This document shows, in pieces, positions 7,680-15,980 of a DNA stretch of 59,512 nucleotides; the stretch's first letter is position 1; the number at the start of each line of letters is the position of its first letter. Under the pieces are notes generated by a model. It was given only the letters and a program-made list of their open reading frames with translations. It was not told the origin of the DNA and did no database searches. Made by a program: the position numbers and the translations under genes. The stretch covers positions 1 through 59,512 of the forward strand of contig DCHM01000009.1 of the NCBI GenBank assembly GCA_002314835.1, in the 5' to 3' direction. The DNA is from Clostridiales bacterium UBA1752 (GTDB lineage: Bacteria > Bacillota > Clostridia > Oscillospirales > CAG-382).

Positions 7680-8887
7680 TCTTCTCTTTTCCGATTTATT
7701 TCATCAAGCACGGAGTAAATCTGCCGATTTGACATCACGACGGGAGGCGAATAGTTGATGGAATCCCACGCGATTGCACGTGCGAGTGACTTATAATCCG
7801 ATTGTTTGATTATGCCTTTAGTGTCTGCAAATCCGCATAAGTCAATCAGCTCGCCGATTGATACGAGCAGCTTATCACAGCACTCAGCGTCACTCGCAGA
7901 TTCATCTGCTAAGCCGCAATACCGCGACAGCTCGGCAAGGCGCTTTTGGCACTTTGATTTTTGCATACTCATCACGGGCAGCAGCGCGAGTGCTATCGCG
8001 TTGCCGTGAGGGATGTGATATTTTGCGCCGATGGAATGTGCAAACGCGTGAACGTATCCTGCAAGCTGCTTATTGATGGCGTTGCCGCCGTAATGCGCGG
8101 CGAGGCACATATTCTGCCTTGCCTCGACGTTTTGGGGTTCGTTGATAATAATAGGGAGGTTTTGTAGCACGAGCTTTACGCACTCCATACTCTTTTTCAT
8201 ATCCTCCGCAGGCACTCTGACCGAGGCAACGACACCCTCGAGCCCGTGGCTGAGTGCGTCAATACCGCAGGCACAGGTGATTTTGCTCGGTGCTTTAACC
8301 GTCAGCTCGCTGTCGAGGATTACGCCGCGAACGTCCAACCCCACGACGACGGTGGCAGTCTTGCTGCCTTTTTGGTTCGTCACGACCGCACCGACGGTAA
8401 TCTCGGCGCCCGTGCCCGACGTCGTCGGAATAGCTATGATGGGCAACGTCTTTTTGGGCACTAACAAAAACTTGCGCAGCAGAGATTTTGACTTTTGCTT
8501 TTTTAGTCTCACACCTGCGGCAATCATTTTGCACGAATCCATCACCGCGCCGCCTCCGAGTGCTACGACGGCGTCGGCGTTGCAGTCTGTCGCTTTGCTT
8601 ATCCCACCGTCTATAATCGTAAGATTGGGCTCGGAAGAAATATCCGCAAAAACAGAGTAATCGACGCCGCATTCTTTGAGTGACTCGATGATTTTTTCGT
8701 GTAAACCGAGCGAAAAAATCGTCTTGTCGGTGACGAGCAGGACACGCTTAAAGCCGTTATTGCGGCATATTTCCCCAACCTTGACACGCGTGCCGAATCC
8801 TTCCTCCGTTTTTGGTTCGGGAAGCGGCACCGCCTTGATGACGACGCCCGGCAAACGCCTTATCAACGTGCGCAATATGTAAAGCAT
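7676..8887 (-). CDS. Iron-containing alcohol dehydrogenase
   Basis: GGGAVMDSCK, PTTSGTGAE and the His-rich HGLEG...HAFAH...HG metal-site pattern. It overlaps the ALDH start by 4 nt. Confidence 0.9.
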   Translation of the reverse strand: MLYILRTLIRRLPGVVIKAVPLPEPKTEEGFGTRVKVGEICRNNGFKRVLLVTDKTIFSLGLHEKIIESLKECGVDYSVFADISSEPNLTIIDGGISKATDCNADAVVALGGGAVMDSCKMIAAGVRLKKQKSKSLLRKFLLVPKKTLPIIAIPTTSGTGAEITVGAVVTNQKGSKTATVVVGLDVRGVILDSELTVKAPSKITCACGIDALSHGLEGVVASVRVPAEDMKKSMECVKLVLQNLPIIINEPQNVEARQNMCLAAHYGGNAINKQLAGYVHAFAHSIGAKYHIPHGNAIALALLPVMSMQKSKCQKRLAELSRYCGLADESASDAECCDKLLVSIGELIDLCGFADTKGIIKQSDYKSLARAIAWDSINYSPPVVMSNRQIYSVLDEINRKREE

Positions 8888-8890
8888 AAT

Positions 8891-9619
8891 CTATGTCTCC
8901 TGTGTTTTTCTTTCTTTTACTAACGTGAATACGAGCATAAAAACTATCATCAGTATTTCACCTATCATGGAGATAAAGAAAATATAATCGCCGTTACCCG
9001 TAGCAGGTCCGAGTGCGCTGAAAACGAGCATTGACATTCCGGCCGCAAACAAAAGCGGCGTCTTTTCTTTTATCCAAACAGCAATGCCGCAAGCTATCAG
9101 CACAACTACGATTCCGACATTCAAAAGCGAAAACACCGCCGAAGCCCAAGCCGGAGTCAGCCCTTCAACAGATGCCATACGCGTTACGCCTGCGATTTTA
9201 CGGACGTCCAAGACGGTAGCGCATCCTTCCGCCGCGCCTGCTATCATAAACACGAGGGTCAATCCGTAGATAATATATCCGTATGGCTTTTTGGTTTTGA
9301 GAGACAAGCTGCAAAAGACTATTATCAACGAAATCAGCACACCGTGGGAGACAAATCGGATTTGAGATAAGCTTTTTAAAGCGCCGACGTCGAGATACGC
9401 ACCGATACAGATAACTAATGCGTCAAACAAAAGTCCCAACGTGACGCAGGCAAGTATCAGCGTCAAAACCGATTTGGTTTTAATAAATCTGACAATCATA
9501 TACACGAGCAAAAGTAACTCGAGTATCGTTATTATCCATATTATCGGAGCACAGCTGACGCTTAATATTCTTTCCACTGCTGATATCAGTCCTTTCAAAG
9601 CATGATTATTTGTAAACAA
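8891..9619 (-). CDS. Polytopic membrane protein, function unknown
   Basis: About 7 hydrophobic segments. It is first in an operon with the Fe-ADH and ALDH genes. The start is uncertain: the TTG at 9619 lacks a clear RBS. Confidence 0.55.
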   Translation of the reverse strand: MFTNNHALKGLISAVERILSVSCAPIIWIITILELLLLVYMIVRFIKTKSVLTLILACVTLGLLFDALVICIGAYLDVGALKSLSQIRFVSHGVLISLIIVFCSLSLKTKKPYGYIIYGLTLVFMIAGAAEGCATVLDVRKIAGVTRMASVEGLTPAWASAVFSLLNVGIVVVLIACGIAVWIKEKTPLLFAAGMSMLVFSALGPATGNGDYIFFISMIGEILMIVFMLVFTLVKERKTQET

Positions 9620-9646
9620 GCGGCAAAGAGTGTTGTTTATTTAGAA

Positions 9647-9675
9647 ATTATAACATATCTATTATTTATAATCAA
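9647..9675 (-). promoter_or_regulatory. Candidate promoter of the membrane protein/ADH/ALDH operon
   Basis: On the minus strand: TTGATT, 17 nt, TATAAT. Confidence 0.5.
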
Positions 9676-9680
9676 TAGAT
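9657..9680. promoter_or_regulatory. Inverted repeat (candidate operator) overlapping the -35 and spacer
   Basis: ATCTATT, 10 nt, AATAGAT. Confidence 0.35.
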
Positions 9681-9801
9681 TTAAAAGCATTATTGCAATA
9701 TCTGATTTTCGCTCAATATCACACGGCTTTGCCTGTACTCATTAACGGACAGCCATTGCGTTATCCTTAAAGCGAACCAAAAACAAGGAGGAGCGATTAT
9801 T

Positions 9802-10032
9802 ATGTTTGACAAGGGTATTTTCGGCAAGCTTTTTGACTTAAACAACGACGGACGGCTCGACAGTCTCGAAAGGGCGGTTGATTTTGCCGCTTTTATGAGC
9901 GTCCTCGAGGACGAAGAAAAGGAAACGCAGGAGAGCAGCACCGCTTTTAGCTCGGACGACGATGACGACGATTTATTTGACGAAGACGAAGAGGACGACG
10001 TATTTATTGACGATGACGGCGATGACGCCTGA
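9802..10032 (+). CDS. Small acidic protein with one EF-hand-like Ca-binding loop
   Basis: RBS AAGGAGGAG. DLNNDGRLDSLE fits DxNxDGxLxxxE. The C-terminal half is poly-Asp/Glu. Confidence 0.6.
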   Translation: MFDKGIFGKLFDLNNDGRLDSLERAVDFAAFMSVLEDEEKETQESSTAFSSDDDDDDLFDEDEEDDVFIDDDGDDA

Positions 10033-10119
10033 CGATTAGGCGTAAAAAAAGCAAGCCGTATCCGATGCAGGCGACGTCAACACGCGCTACTTTTTGCCGT
10101 TTTATTGTGACAAATGTCA

Positions 10120-10149
10120 TTGACAAGGCGCGGCATAGTATGATAGTAT
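10120..10149 (+). promoter_or_regulatory. Candidate promoter (extended -10)
   Basis: TTGACA, 18 nt, TGaTAGTAT. Confidence 0.5.
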
Positions 10150-10188
10150 CAAAAAGTGTTAAAAATTAACGATATCGGGGACGGCAAC

Positions 10189-12567
10189 ATGAAAAAAGTA
10201 TTTGCGATAATGCTCTGCATAGTGATGATATTCAGTTTATCATCGTGTGACGAGCTCGACGAATTATTAAAGAGTCTCGGCCTAAAGGTTGATACCGAGG
10301 TTTCGGAGGAAATATCCAAAGAAATTTCGGAGGAGATTTCGGAAGAAGAATCCATCGAAATATCCGAGGAGGAATCTGTCGAGGTTTCCGAGGAGGAATC
10401 TGTCGAGGTTTCCGAAGAAGAATCTACCGAAGTCTCGGAGGAGGAGTCTATCGAGGTTTCCGAGGAGGAGTCTATCGAGGTTTCGGAAGAGGAATCTATA
10501 GAAGAATCGCAAACCCCCGTCGCGGTCACTGCGATTACGCTCACAGCGAGCAAGACCGAGCTTTACGTCGGCGAAACGTCGATTATTACCGCGTCGGTTA
10601 CTCCCGTTAACGCAGACAATAAGGGCGTTACTTTTGCCGTTTCGTCAGGCAGCAGTAACGCTACCATAACCTCAGACGGCACTCTGACAGCCGTCAAGGT
10701 CGGCACAGTCACCGTCACGGCGACTGCATCCGACGGCAGTGGCGTCAAGGCGACTATAAACATCACGGTCAAGCCCGTCAAGGCGACAAAGCTGACGCTA
10801 TCCGCCGCAAAGACGACGATAACCGTCGGCGACAAGCTGACGGTAGTCGCAAGCGTCACGCCTGCAAACGCCGATGACAAGAGCGTTACCTTCAGCATTT
10901 CCAAGGGCAGCAGTCTCGCGTCTATCGACAAGAGCGGCGTGCTGACAGCCAAGGGCGAAGGCAGCGTCACGGTCAAGGCGGTCACCAACGACGGCAGCAA
11001 GCTGAGTGCTACGCTTAACGTCACCATCAAAGCCAAGGCACTGCACGAGGGCTCGGGCACAAAGTCCGACCCGTATCTGATAAAGAGCGAATCCGACCTC
11101 AAAAACCTCTCGGCTTATACCAAAAAATCGGGACTTTATTTCAAGCAGACAGCCGATATTGCGCTGACTGCCGAGTGGACGCCGATAGAATACTTTGATC
11201 ACAATTACGACGGTCAGGGCTACGCCATCAAGGACCTCAAAATCAGCGGTGACAAATACCGTCTCGGCGGCATAGGCTTGTTTGCTTCGTCAAATAGCGC
11301 CGTGCTGCAAAATATCGTTTTGCAAAACGTAGATATTAACGTGGAAATAAGCGACTCCACGGGTGCGCTCGTCGGCGGTGCAATCGACACCACGATAACA
11401 AACGTCAAGGTCACGGGCACGGTATGCAACGAGAGCGGCTATTCGCTCGGCGGCATAGTCGGCACTTATTATATCAGCGAGGGCAAAGCCTCGGGCGTAA
11501 CCAAATGCACCTTTGAGGGCACCGTCAACGGCACCCAAGACGTCGGCGGCATAGTCGGCAACGCGACCAACAGTCACGTCGAGGACGAAGACCCCGATAC
11601 CTACGCATCTTATCACACGCCGGTAACGATAGGTGAATGTGCTTTTTACGGCAAGGTAACAGGCAACGAAAGCGTCGGCGGCATAGTCGGCAATGCCCAA
11701 ACAATCAACATCACAAAATGCTATACAGACGTCACGGTAGAGGTCAAATACCGCAACGCAGGCGGCATAGTCGGCGAATATTTGGGCGGCTATATGGGCA
11801 GCTACAAGAGCACGCACTATACGTCTTATATCTCCGAAAATTACTCTCACTTTGACATCAAGAGCGTCAATACCTCGTCGTCGTACGGCAATGCATTTTT
11901 CGGCGGCATAGGCGGCTGGGTCAGCTCCTTCTGCGGCATCGACATCAGAGATAACGGCGCAGTCGGCACGATTTATTGCAACGGCACGTGGAGTAGCTGC
12001 CAGGACAGAACGACCTACGACGGCGGTCTGTGGGACAGATACCGCAACCCCTGCGGCGCACTGATTGCTTATCTCAATTTGGCACGCGGCAAGCTTAATT
12101 TCACGGGCAATATTGCAGACGCCGAGATAACGTGGGCAAAATCGGTTTGCACCGACGACCTCACTTACTGCCGCGGCTCGCTCGTCGGCTGGTTTAAGGA
12201 CACGGCGACGCGCGACCTAATCAAGGACGAGTACAAAGCGAGCGGCAAAGCTTTTAGCAGCACTTGGTACGTCGATATAACCGAATCAATGCTAAAGGAC
12301 ACGATTATGGGTTGTCTCGACAATAACTACTGCGTCAGCACCGACCGCAACTGGTTTGAATCTCACCCTCGCATAGTGATAAAGAGCAGCTCGTACGCTT
12401 CGGCTTACAAGAGCATGCCGAGATACACCTACGTAAACAATATCACCAAGGACGCCTACAAGCTGCAAAGCACATTTGCAGGTCTCGACTTTACGTCCCG
12501 GTGGACTATGACCGCCTCGGGGCCGGTACCAACGGCAGTTATGTCGCGTGTTAAGCACGCGTCGTAA
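10189..12567 (+). CDS. Surface lipoprotein: Glu/Ser repeat linker, two Big_2 Ig-like domains, GLUG-repeat region
   Basis: Lipobox FSLSSC. There are two blocks of the TASVTPxNADxKxVTF...G.VTVTA type (Big_2). Recurrent GGIVG/GGLVG motifs are typical of GLUG domains. ATG at 10189. Confidence 0.8.
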   Translation: MKKVFAIMLCIVMIFSLSSCDELDELLKSLGLKVDTEVSEEISKEISEEISEEESIEISEEESVEVSEEESVEVSEEESTEVSEEESIEVSEEESIEVSEEESIEESQTPVAVTAITLTASKTELYVGETSIITASVTPVNADNKGVTFAVSSGSSNATITSDGTLTAVKVGTVTVTATASDGSGVKATINITVKPVKATKLTLSAAKTTITVGDKLTVVASVTPANADDKSVTFSISKGSSLASIDKSGVLTAKGEGSVTVKAVTNDGSKLSATLNVTIKAKALHEGSGTKSDPYLIKSESDLKNLSAYTKKSGLYFKQTADIALTAEWTPIEYFDHNYDGQGYAIKDLKISGDKYRLGGIGLFASSNSAVLQNIVLQNVDINVEISDSTGALVGGAIDTTITNVKVTGTVCNESGYSLGGIVGTYYISEGKASGVTKCTFEGTVNGTQDVGGIVGNATNSHVEDEDPDTYASYHTPVTIGECAFYGKVTGNESVGGIVGNAQTINITKCYTDVTVEVKYRNAGGIVGEYLGGYMGSYKSTHYTSYISENYSHFDIKSVNTSSSYGNAFFGGIGGWVSSFCGIDIRDNGAVGTIYCNGTWSSCQDRTTYDGGLWDRYRNPCGALIAYLNLARGKLNFTGNIADAEITWAKSVCTDDLTYCRGSLVGWFKDTATRDLIKDEYKASGKAFSSTWYVDITESMLKDTIMGCLDNNYCVSTDRNWFESHPRIVIKSSSYASAYKSMPRYTYVNNITKDAYKLQSTFAGLDFTSRWTMTASGPVPTAVMSRVKHAS
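10294..10509 (+). repeat. About nine 24-bp in-frame tandem repeats
   Basis: The repeats encode (V/I)SEEES(I/V/T)E units. Several adjacent units are identical at the DNA level (gaggaggaatctgtcgaggtttcc x2; gaggaggagtctatcgaggtttc x2). Confidence 0.85.
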
Positions 12568-12636
12568 TGATGTGTCTGCGGACGTGTGCGGTTTTTCATG
12601 CTCCGCAAGGCGCAATTCATCACTCTCCTCATAAGC

Positions 12637-12680
12637 AAGCCGACTGCAAAAAGGTTTTTCCTTCCGCAGTCGGTTTTTTG
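12637..12680 (+). terminator. Rho-independent terminator
   Basis: Stem CCGACTGC/GCAGTCGG followed by TTTTTT. Confidence 0.75.
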
Positions 12681-12714
12681 TAACCTTTGGACGCAAAACA
12701 CGACATTATTGATG

Positions 12715-12743
12715 TTGATATTTACAAAAGAATATAGTATAAT
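12715..12743 (+). promoter_or_regulatory. Near-consensus promoter
   Basis: TTGATA, 17 nt, TATAAT. Confidence 0.6.
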
Positions 12744-12785
12744 CAATCAACGAAAAAGCGTTTTAATACCTACGGAGGAACCACC

Positions 12786-14864
12786 ATGCGACATTTTTGC
12801 AAAAAAACGATTTCTATTTTACTGTTTGTCCTGCTCGTCACGGGCGTGTTTGCTATTCAAGCAGCCGCCGAACTCGAAGGCAAAAAGGAAATTGCTCTGC
12901 TAATCAGCAAAGACCTTTGTACCGATACGCCGGCAGACGACGGCAGTACCGTCTGCGAATATCAGGCAACCGACAAAGCCACGGGCGATCTGTACGCCAT
13001 CAGCTTTACGTATTTTCCCATTGATAATATGACGAGCACCGGCCCTGCGAGCGAGGTACATTACAACCTCAAGCAAATGCTAAACCCCGAGTTTAGCAAT
13101 CTGACGAGCGGCGAAGCTAAGGCTTTGACCGCCGCGGACTATTCGGTAAACGGCAACGATATTAAAATCATTCTGGAAACCGAAACCGAGTATTACACCG
13201 TTTCCGCGTTCTACACCGTCTCCTGCGATACTGCGGAGGGTGTGACCTTCAGCGTTCCCGAGGGCGCCAACGCAAACGATATAGTCGTCGTAGCGCCTCA
13301 AATCGCCGACGGCTATGCCCTGTCCGGCTTTTATTACACCGACGGCACGGGCGAGCACGATTTCACCTTTATAAACGGTGAATATTCCTTCATTATGCCG
13401 TACAGCGAGGTTAGCATCCACGCTACCTCTGCCAAATACAGCGGTCAGTACCTCGACTTTACAAACGGCACCTACACGCTCAACGATTCCGAAATTGCCA
13501 TCGGTGGTCAGTATTACGTAAAATCCGCGATAAACGTCGATTCAAAGGCAGTTGCCAACCTCGAAATCTCATCTTTCCGCATGAGCCAGACGCCGGGCGG
13601 TCTCTTGATTACGGGCGGCGAAATGAATCATTTTGGAATCTTCTGCAACGACGGTTTTTCGATTAAGTCCGTCACCTTTGTTTACGGTTATTCGGAAACG
13701 GCAGGCGGATATATCGGCTTTGGCTCGACAAAATACACCGCAGACATGACCGCGACGGCTTGGTCCTTGGAAAAATGCAAGATGGGCAAAGGCACGGTCG
13801 TTGCAACCACCGATGCCCGTTGCGTCGGACTTACCGAAACCGTCGTAAACACGACCGAGCTTGTCTTTGACAAAGTTGCTTGGTGGAGCGACTCACAGCG
13901 CGGAGTTCTGCTGCAGGGCATCTGGGTCGAATTTGAAGAAATAACCTGGCCCGAGGAATACATCGCCGAGCAATCGACCGACAGCACGTCAGACTTTACC
14001 TTTAACGGCAGCATTCAAAACTGTTTTTGCGGATTGAAATATACGCAAAAAGTCGGATTTGAATGCACGGAATACACCTTAGAGTACATGGACACCGACG
14101 GTATGCTCATCGTCGTCGTCCTGCGTCTCCCCGGCAAGTACGTCGGCACCTTCCCGGTAGGCACCTACGACATCGTCAACCTCGACGACGGCTACGGTGC
14201 TCTCCGCTACCGCCACGCTACGAGCGGCTCCTTCTGCGCTGAGTACTTTAACTACTGGGGCAACACATACATTATCACACCTTTGTGGGGCCTTGCAAAG
14301 GGCACCGTGACTTTTGAAATTACGGAAGATCAAAAGATGCAGATAAAGATTGACGCCGTAAACTCAAAGGGCGCCAAAATCAACGTGAAATTGTCGGAAG
14401 ACGTAGAACCCACTACGGCTGCCATGAGTGATTTCAGTGTGTTTAATCAGACTGCAGACGGCACTTCCACGATTCGTTGCCCCGAATTTGACAGCCTCAC
14501 GATGAAGTCAGTAAGCCCCGACGGCACCGTTGACTATTACAAAGAGCTCGCCGACCTTGCCGCGTCTTACCTTAGCGAAAACGATATCGACGGTATCGCC
14601 TCCGCACGCATTAGTGAGTTTGCCGCGCTCGGTCTGTCGGATGAACTGACAAACGGCGAAAACGCGGCACTTATCTCTAACAAAATGGCAGAAATCCAGA
14701 GTGAGCTGAATGCGGCACGCCTAAAAAAAGCCGCTGATGCAAACAAAACACTCACGGTCTGCCTCATCTGTGTTTCGGTCGTTGCACTTGCCTCGATAAC
14801 CGCACTTGTTGTCATTCTCGCAAAAAAGAAAAAGCAATACAGCCCAACCTGTAACGAGGAGTAA
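12786..14864 (+). CDS. Secreted protein with C-terminal TM anchor, function unknown
   Basis: Signal peptide ILLFVLLVTGVFAIQAAAE. C-terminal TM segment LTVCLICVSVVALASITALVVIL followed by KKKK. RBS GGAGGA. Confidence 0.7.
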   Translation: MRHFCKKTISILLFVLLVTGVFAIQAAAELEGKKEIALLISKDLCTDTPADDGSTVCEYQATDKATGDLYAISFTYFPIDNMTSTGPASEVHYNLKQMLNPEFSNLTSGEAKALTAADYSVNGNDIKIILETETEYYTVSAFYTVSCDTAEGVTFSVPEGANANDIVVVAPQIADGYALSGFYYTDGTGEHDFTFINGEYSFIMPYSEVSIHATSAKYSGQYLDFTNGTYTLNDSEIAIGGQYYVKSAINVDSKAVANLEISSFRMSQTPGGLLITGGEMNHFGIFCNDGFSIKSVTFVYGYSETAGGYIGFGSTKYTADMTATAWSLEKCKMGKGTVVATTDARCVGLTETVVNTTELVFDKVAWWSDSQRGVLLQGIWVEFEEITWPEEYIAEQSTDSTSDFTFNGSIQNCFCGLKYTQKVGFECTEYTLEYMDTDGMLIVVVLRLPGKYVGTFPVGTYDIVNLDDGYGALRYRHATSGSFCAEYFNYWGNTYIITPLWGLAKGTVTFEITEDQKMQIKIDAVNSKGAKINVKLSEDVEPTTAAMSDFSVFNQTADGTSTIRCPEFDSLTMKSVSPDGTVDYYKELADLAASYLSENDIDGIASARISEFAALGLSDELTNGENAALISNKMAEIQSELNAARLKKAADANKTLTVCLICVSVVALASITALVVILAKKKKQYSPTCNEE

Positions 14865-14867
14865 ATA

Positions 14868-15932
14868 ATGAAAAAGCTAATCGTACTTTTGATATTGACG
14901 GCTCTCGCGCTCACGAGCTGCGGCAACGCCTTTTACGGCATACCGACGGGCACGGCAATGCCCGAGCAGGACACGACCTACGCCACCGGCGCTACCGTCA
15001 CCGTAGGCAGTGAAACCACGCACTACGCAGACGTCACCGAGGCTTGGACGCAGGCAAACAGCATAACCGATGAATCAGTCACCGTCAAGCTGTTTCAAGA
15101 CTGGATTGCAGACTGCGGCGACTTTGGCAAGCACGGGGGCAAAGGCTTTACCGATAACGGCTCGCTGCTCATCGAAACGCGCGGCGACGCAGGCTCGGAG
15201 GGCGGCACGGCAAGGTCGTTTACCCTTGACCTCAACTGCCACACCTTGGACGGCGGCGTCGGCAAAGCAGGCGGAGAAGGCACAAACAGAGTAGCCGACA
15301 GGTCGGTTATTACGGCCAAATGCGGCGAAGTATTTGTTTACTGCGGACTTATCACCATCAAAAACGGCACCGTCAAGGGCGGCTGTGCCACTCTCGGCGG
15401 CGGCATCTATATCGAAAAAAGATGGAATGACGTCATACTGCAAAATCTCACCATAACGGGCAATTACGCGCTCGAATCGGGCGGCGGCGTGGCTTTTGAG
15501 TTCGCTCGCGGCACGCTCAAAATCATAGACTGCACGATTACCGACAACGCGTCGCATATCGACGGCGCAGGCGTTTATACCCACAATATGCGCGTCACGT
15601 GGGCTGACCCCTACGTTGACGTCAGCGGCAAGGTTATCATCAAGGACAACTTTGCAGACGGCAAGGCGTCTAACCTGCAGCTCTACAACTTTGCGGACGA
15701 CAGCCTGCCTTACGACGATTACAAGCTGAGCGGTATGACAAAGCTGACCTCCGGCTCCGAAATCGGCATCAGCTTTGAGTGCGGCAACGGCATGCTGACT
15801 AACGAAATCGAGGACGGTCTCAGCTCCACGATTCTGTCGTATCTCAAGGCGGATAAGGGCTCGATAACCCATACCGTCCGCAGCGTCGGCTGTGACGACT
15901 ATTATACTTATTACGTAACCGTAAACGACTAA
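14868..15932 (+). CDS. Lipoprotein with a parallel beta-helix (pectin-lyase-fold-like) repeat region
   Basis: Lipobox LTSCGN. Periodic GGGIYI / GGGVAF / GAGVYT turns. It starts 3 nt after the preceding gene. Confidence 0.7.
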   Translation: MKKLIVLLILTALALTSCGNAFYGIPTGTAMPEQDTTYATGATVTVGSETTHYADVTEAWTQANSITDESVTVKLFQDWIADCGDFGKHGGKGFTDNGSLLIETRGDAGSEGGTARSFTLDLNCHTLDGGVGKAGGEGTNRVADRSVITAKCGEVFVYCGLITIKNGTVKGGCATLGGGIYIEKRWNDVILQNLTITGNYALESGGGVAFEFARGTLKIIDCTITDNASHIDGAGVYTHNMRVTWADPYVDVSGKVIIKDNFADGKASNLQLYNFADDSLPYDDYKLSGMTKLTSGSEIGISFECGNGMLTNEIEDGLSSTILSYLKADKGSITHTVRSVGCDDYYTYYVTVND

Positions 15933-15977
15933 AAAAGAAACGGTGTAGCCTCGCTTTGAGACTGCACCGCTTTTTTA
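15931..15977. terminator. Bidirectional terminator between convergent genes
   Basis: 8-bp stem CGGTGTAG/CTGCACCG, flanked by an A-run upstream and a T-run downstream. Confidence 0.55.
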
Positions 15978-15980
15978 TAT

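Noticed and set aside
10149-10553. 134-aa Ser-rich ORF (DSSSETS repeats) antisense to the Glu-rich repeat region
   Set aside because: It is the mirror image of the 24-bp repeats of the sense lipoprotein gene. It has no RBS or signal features, whereas the sense frame has a lipobox and downstream domains.
15075-15872. 265-aa antisense ORF within the beta-helix lipoprotein gene, plus similar shadow ORFs (16626-17420, 27326-28198, 40290-40997, 47081-47926, 51549-52238, 21804-22469, 6321-7064, 8142-8660)
   Set aside because: All of them sit opposite well-supported genes, lack an RBS and have biased low-complexity composition. I treat them as shadow ORFs.
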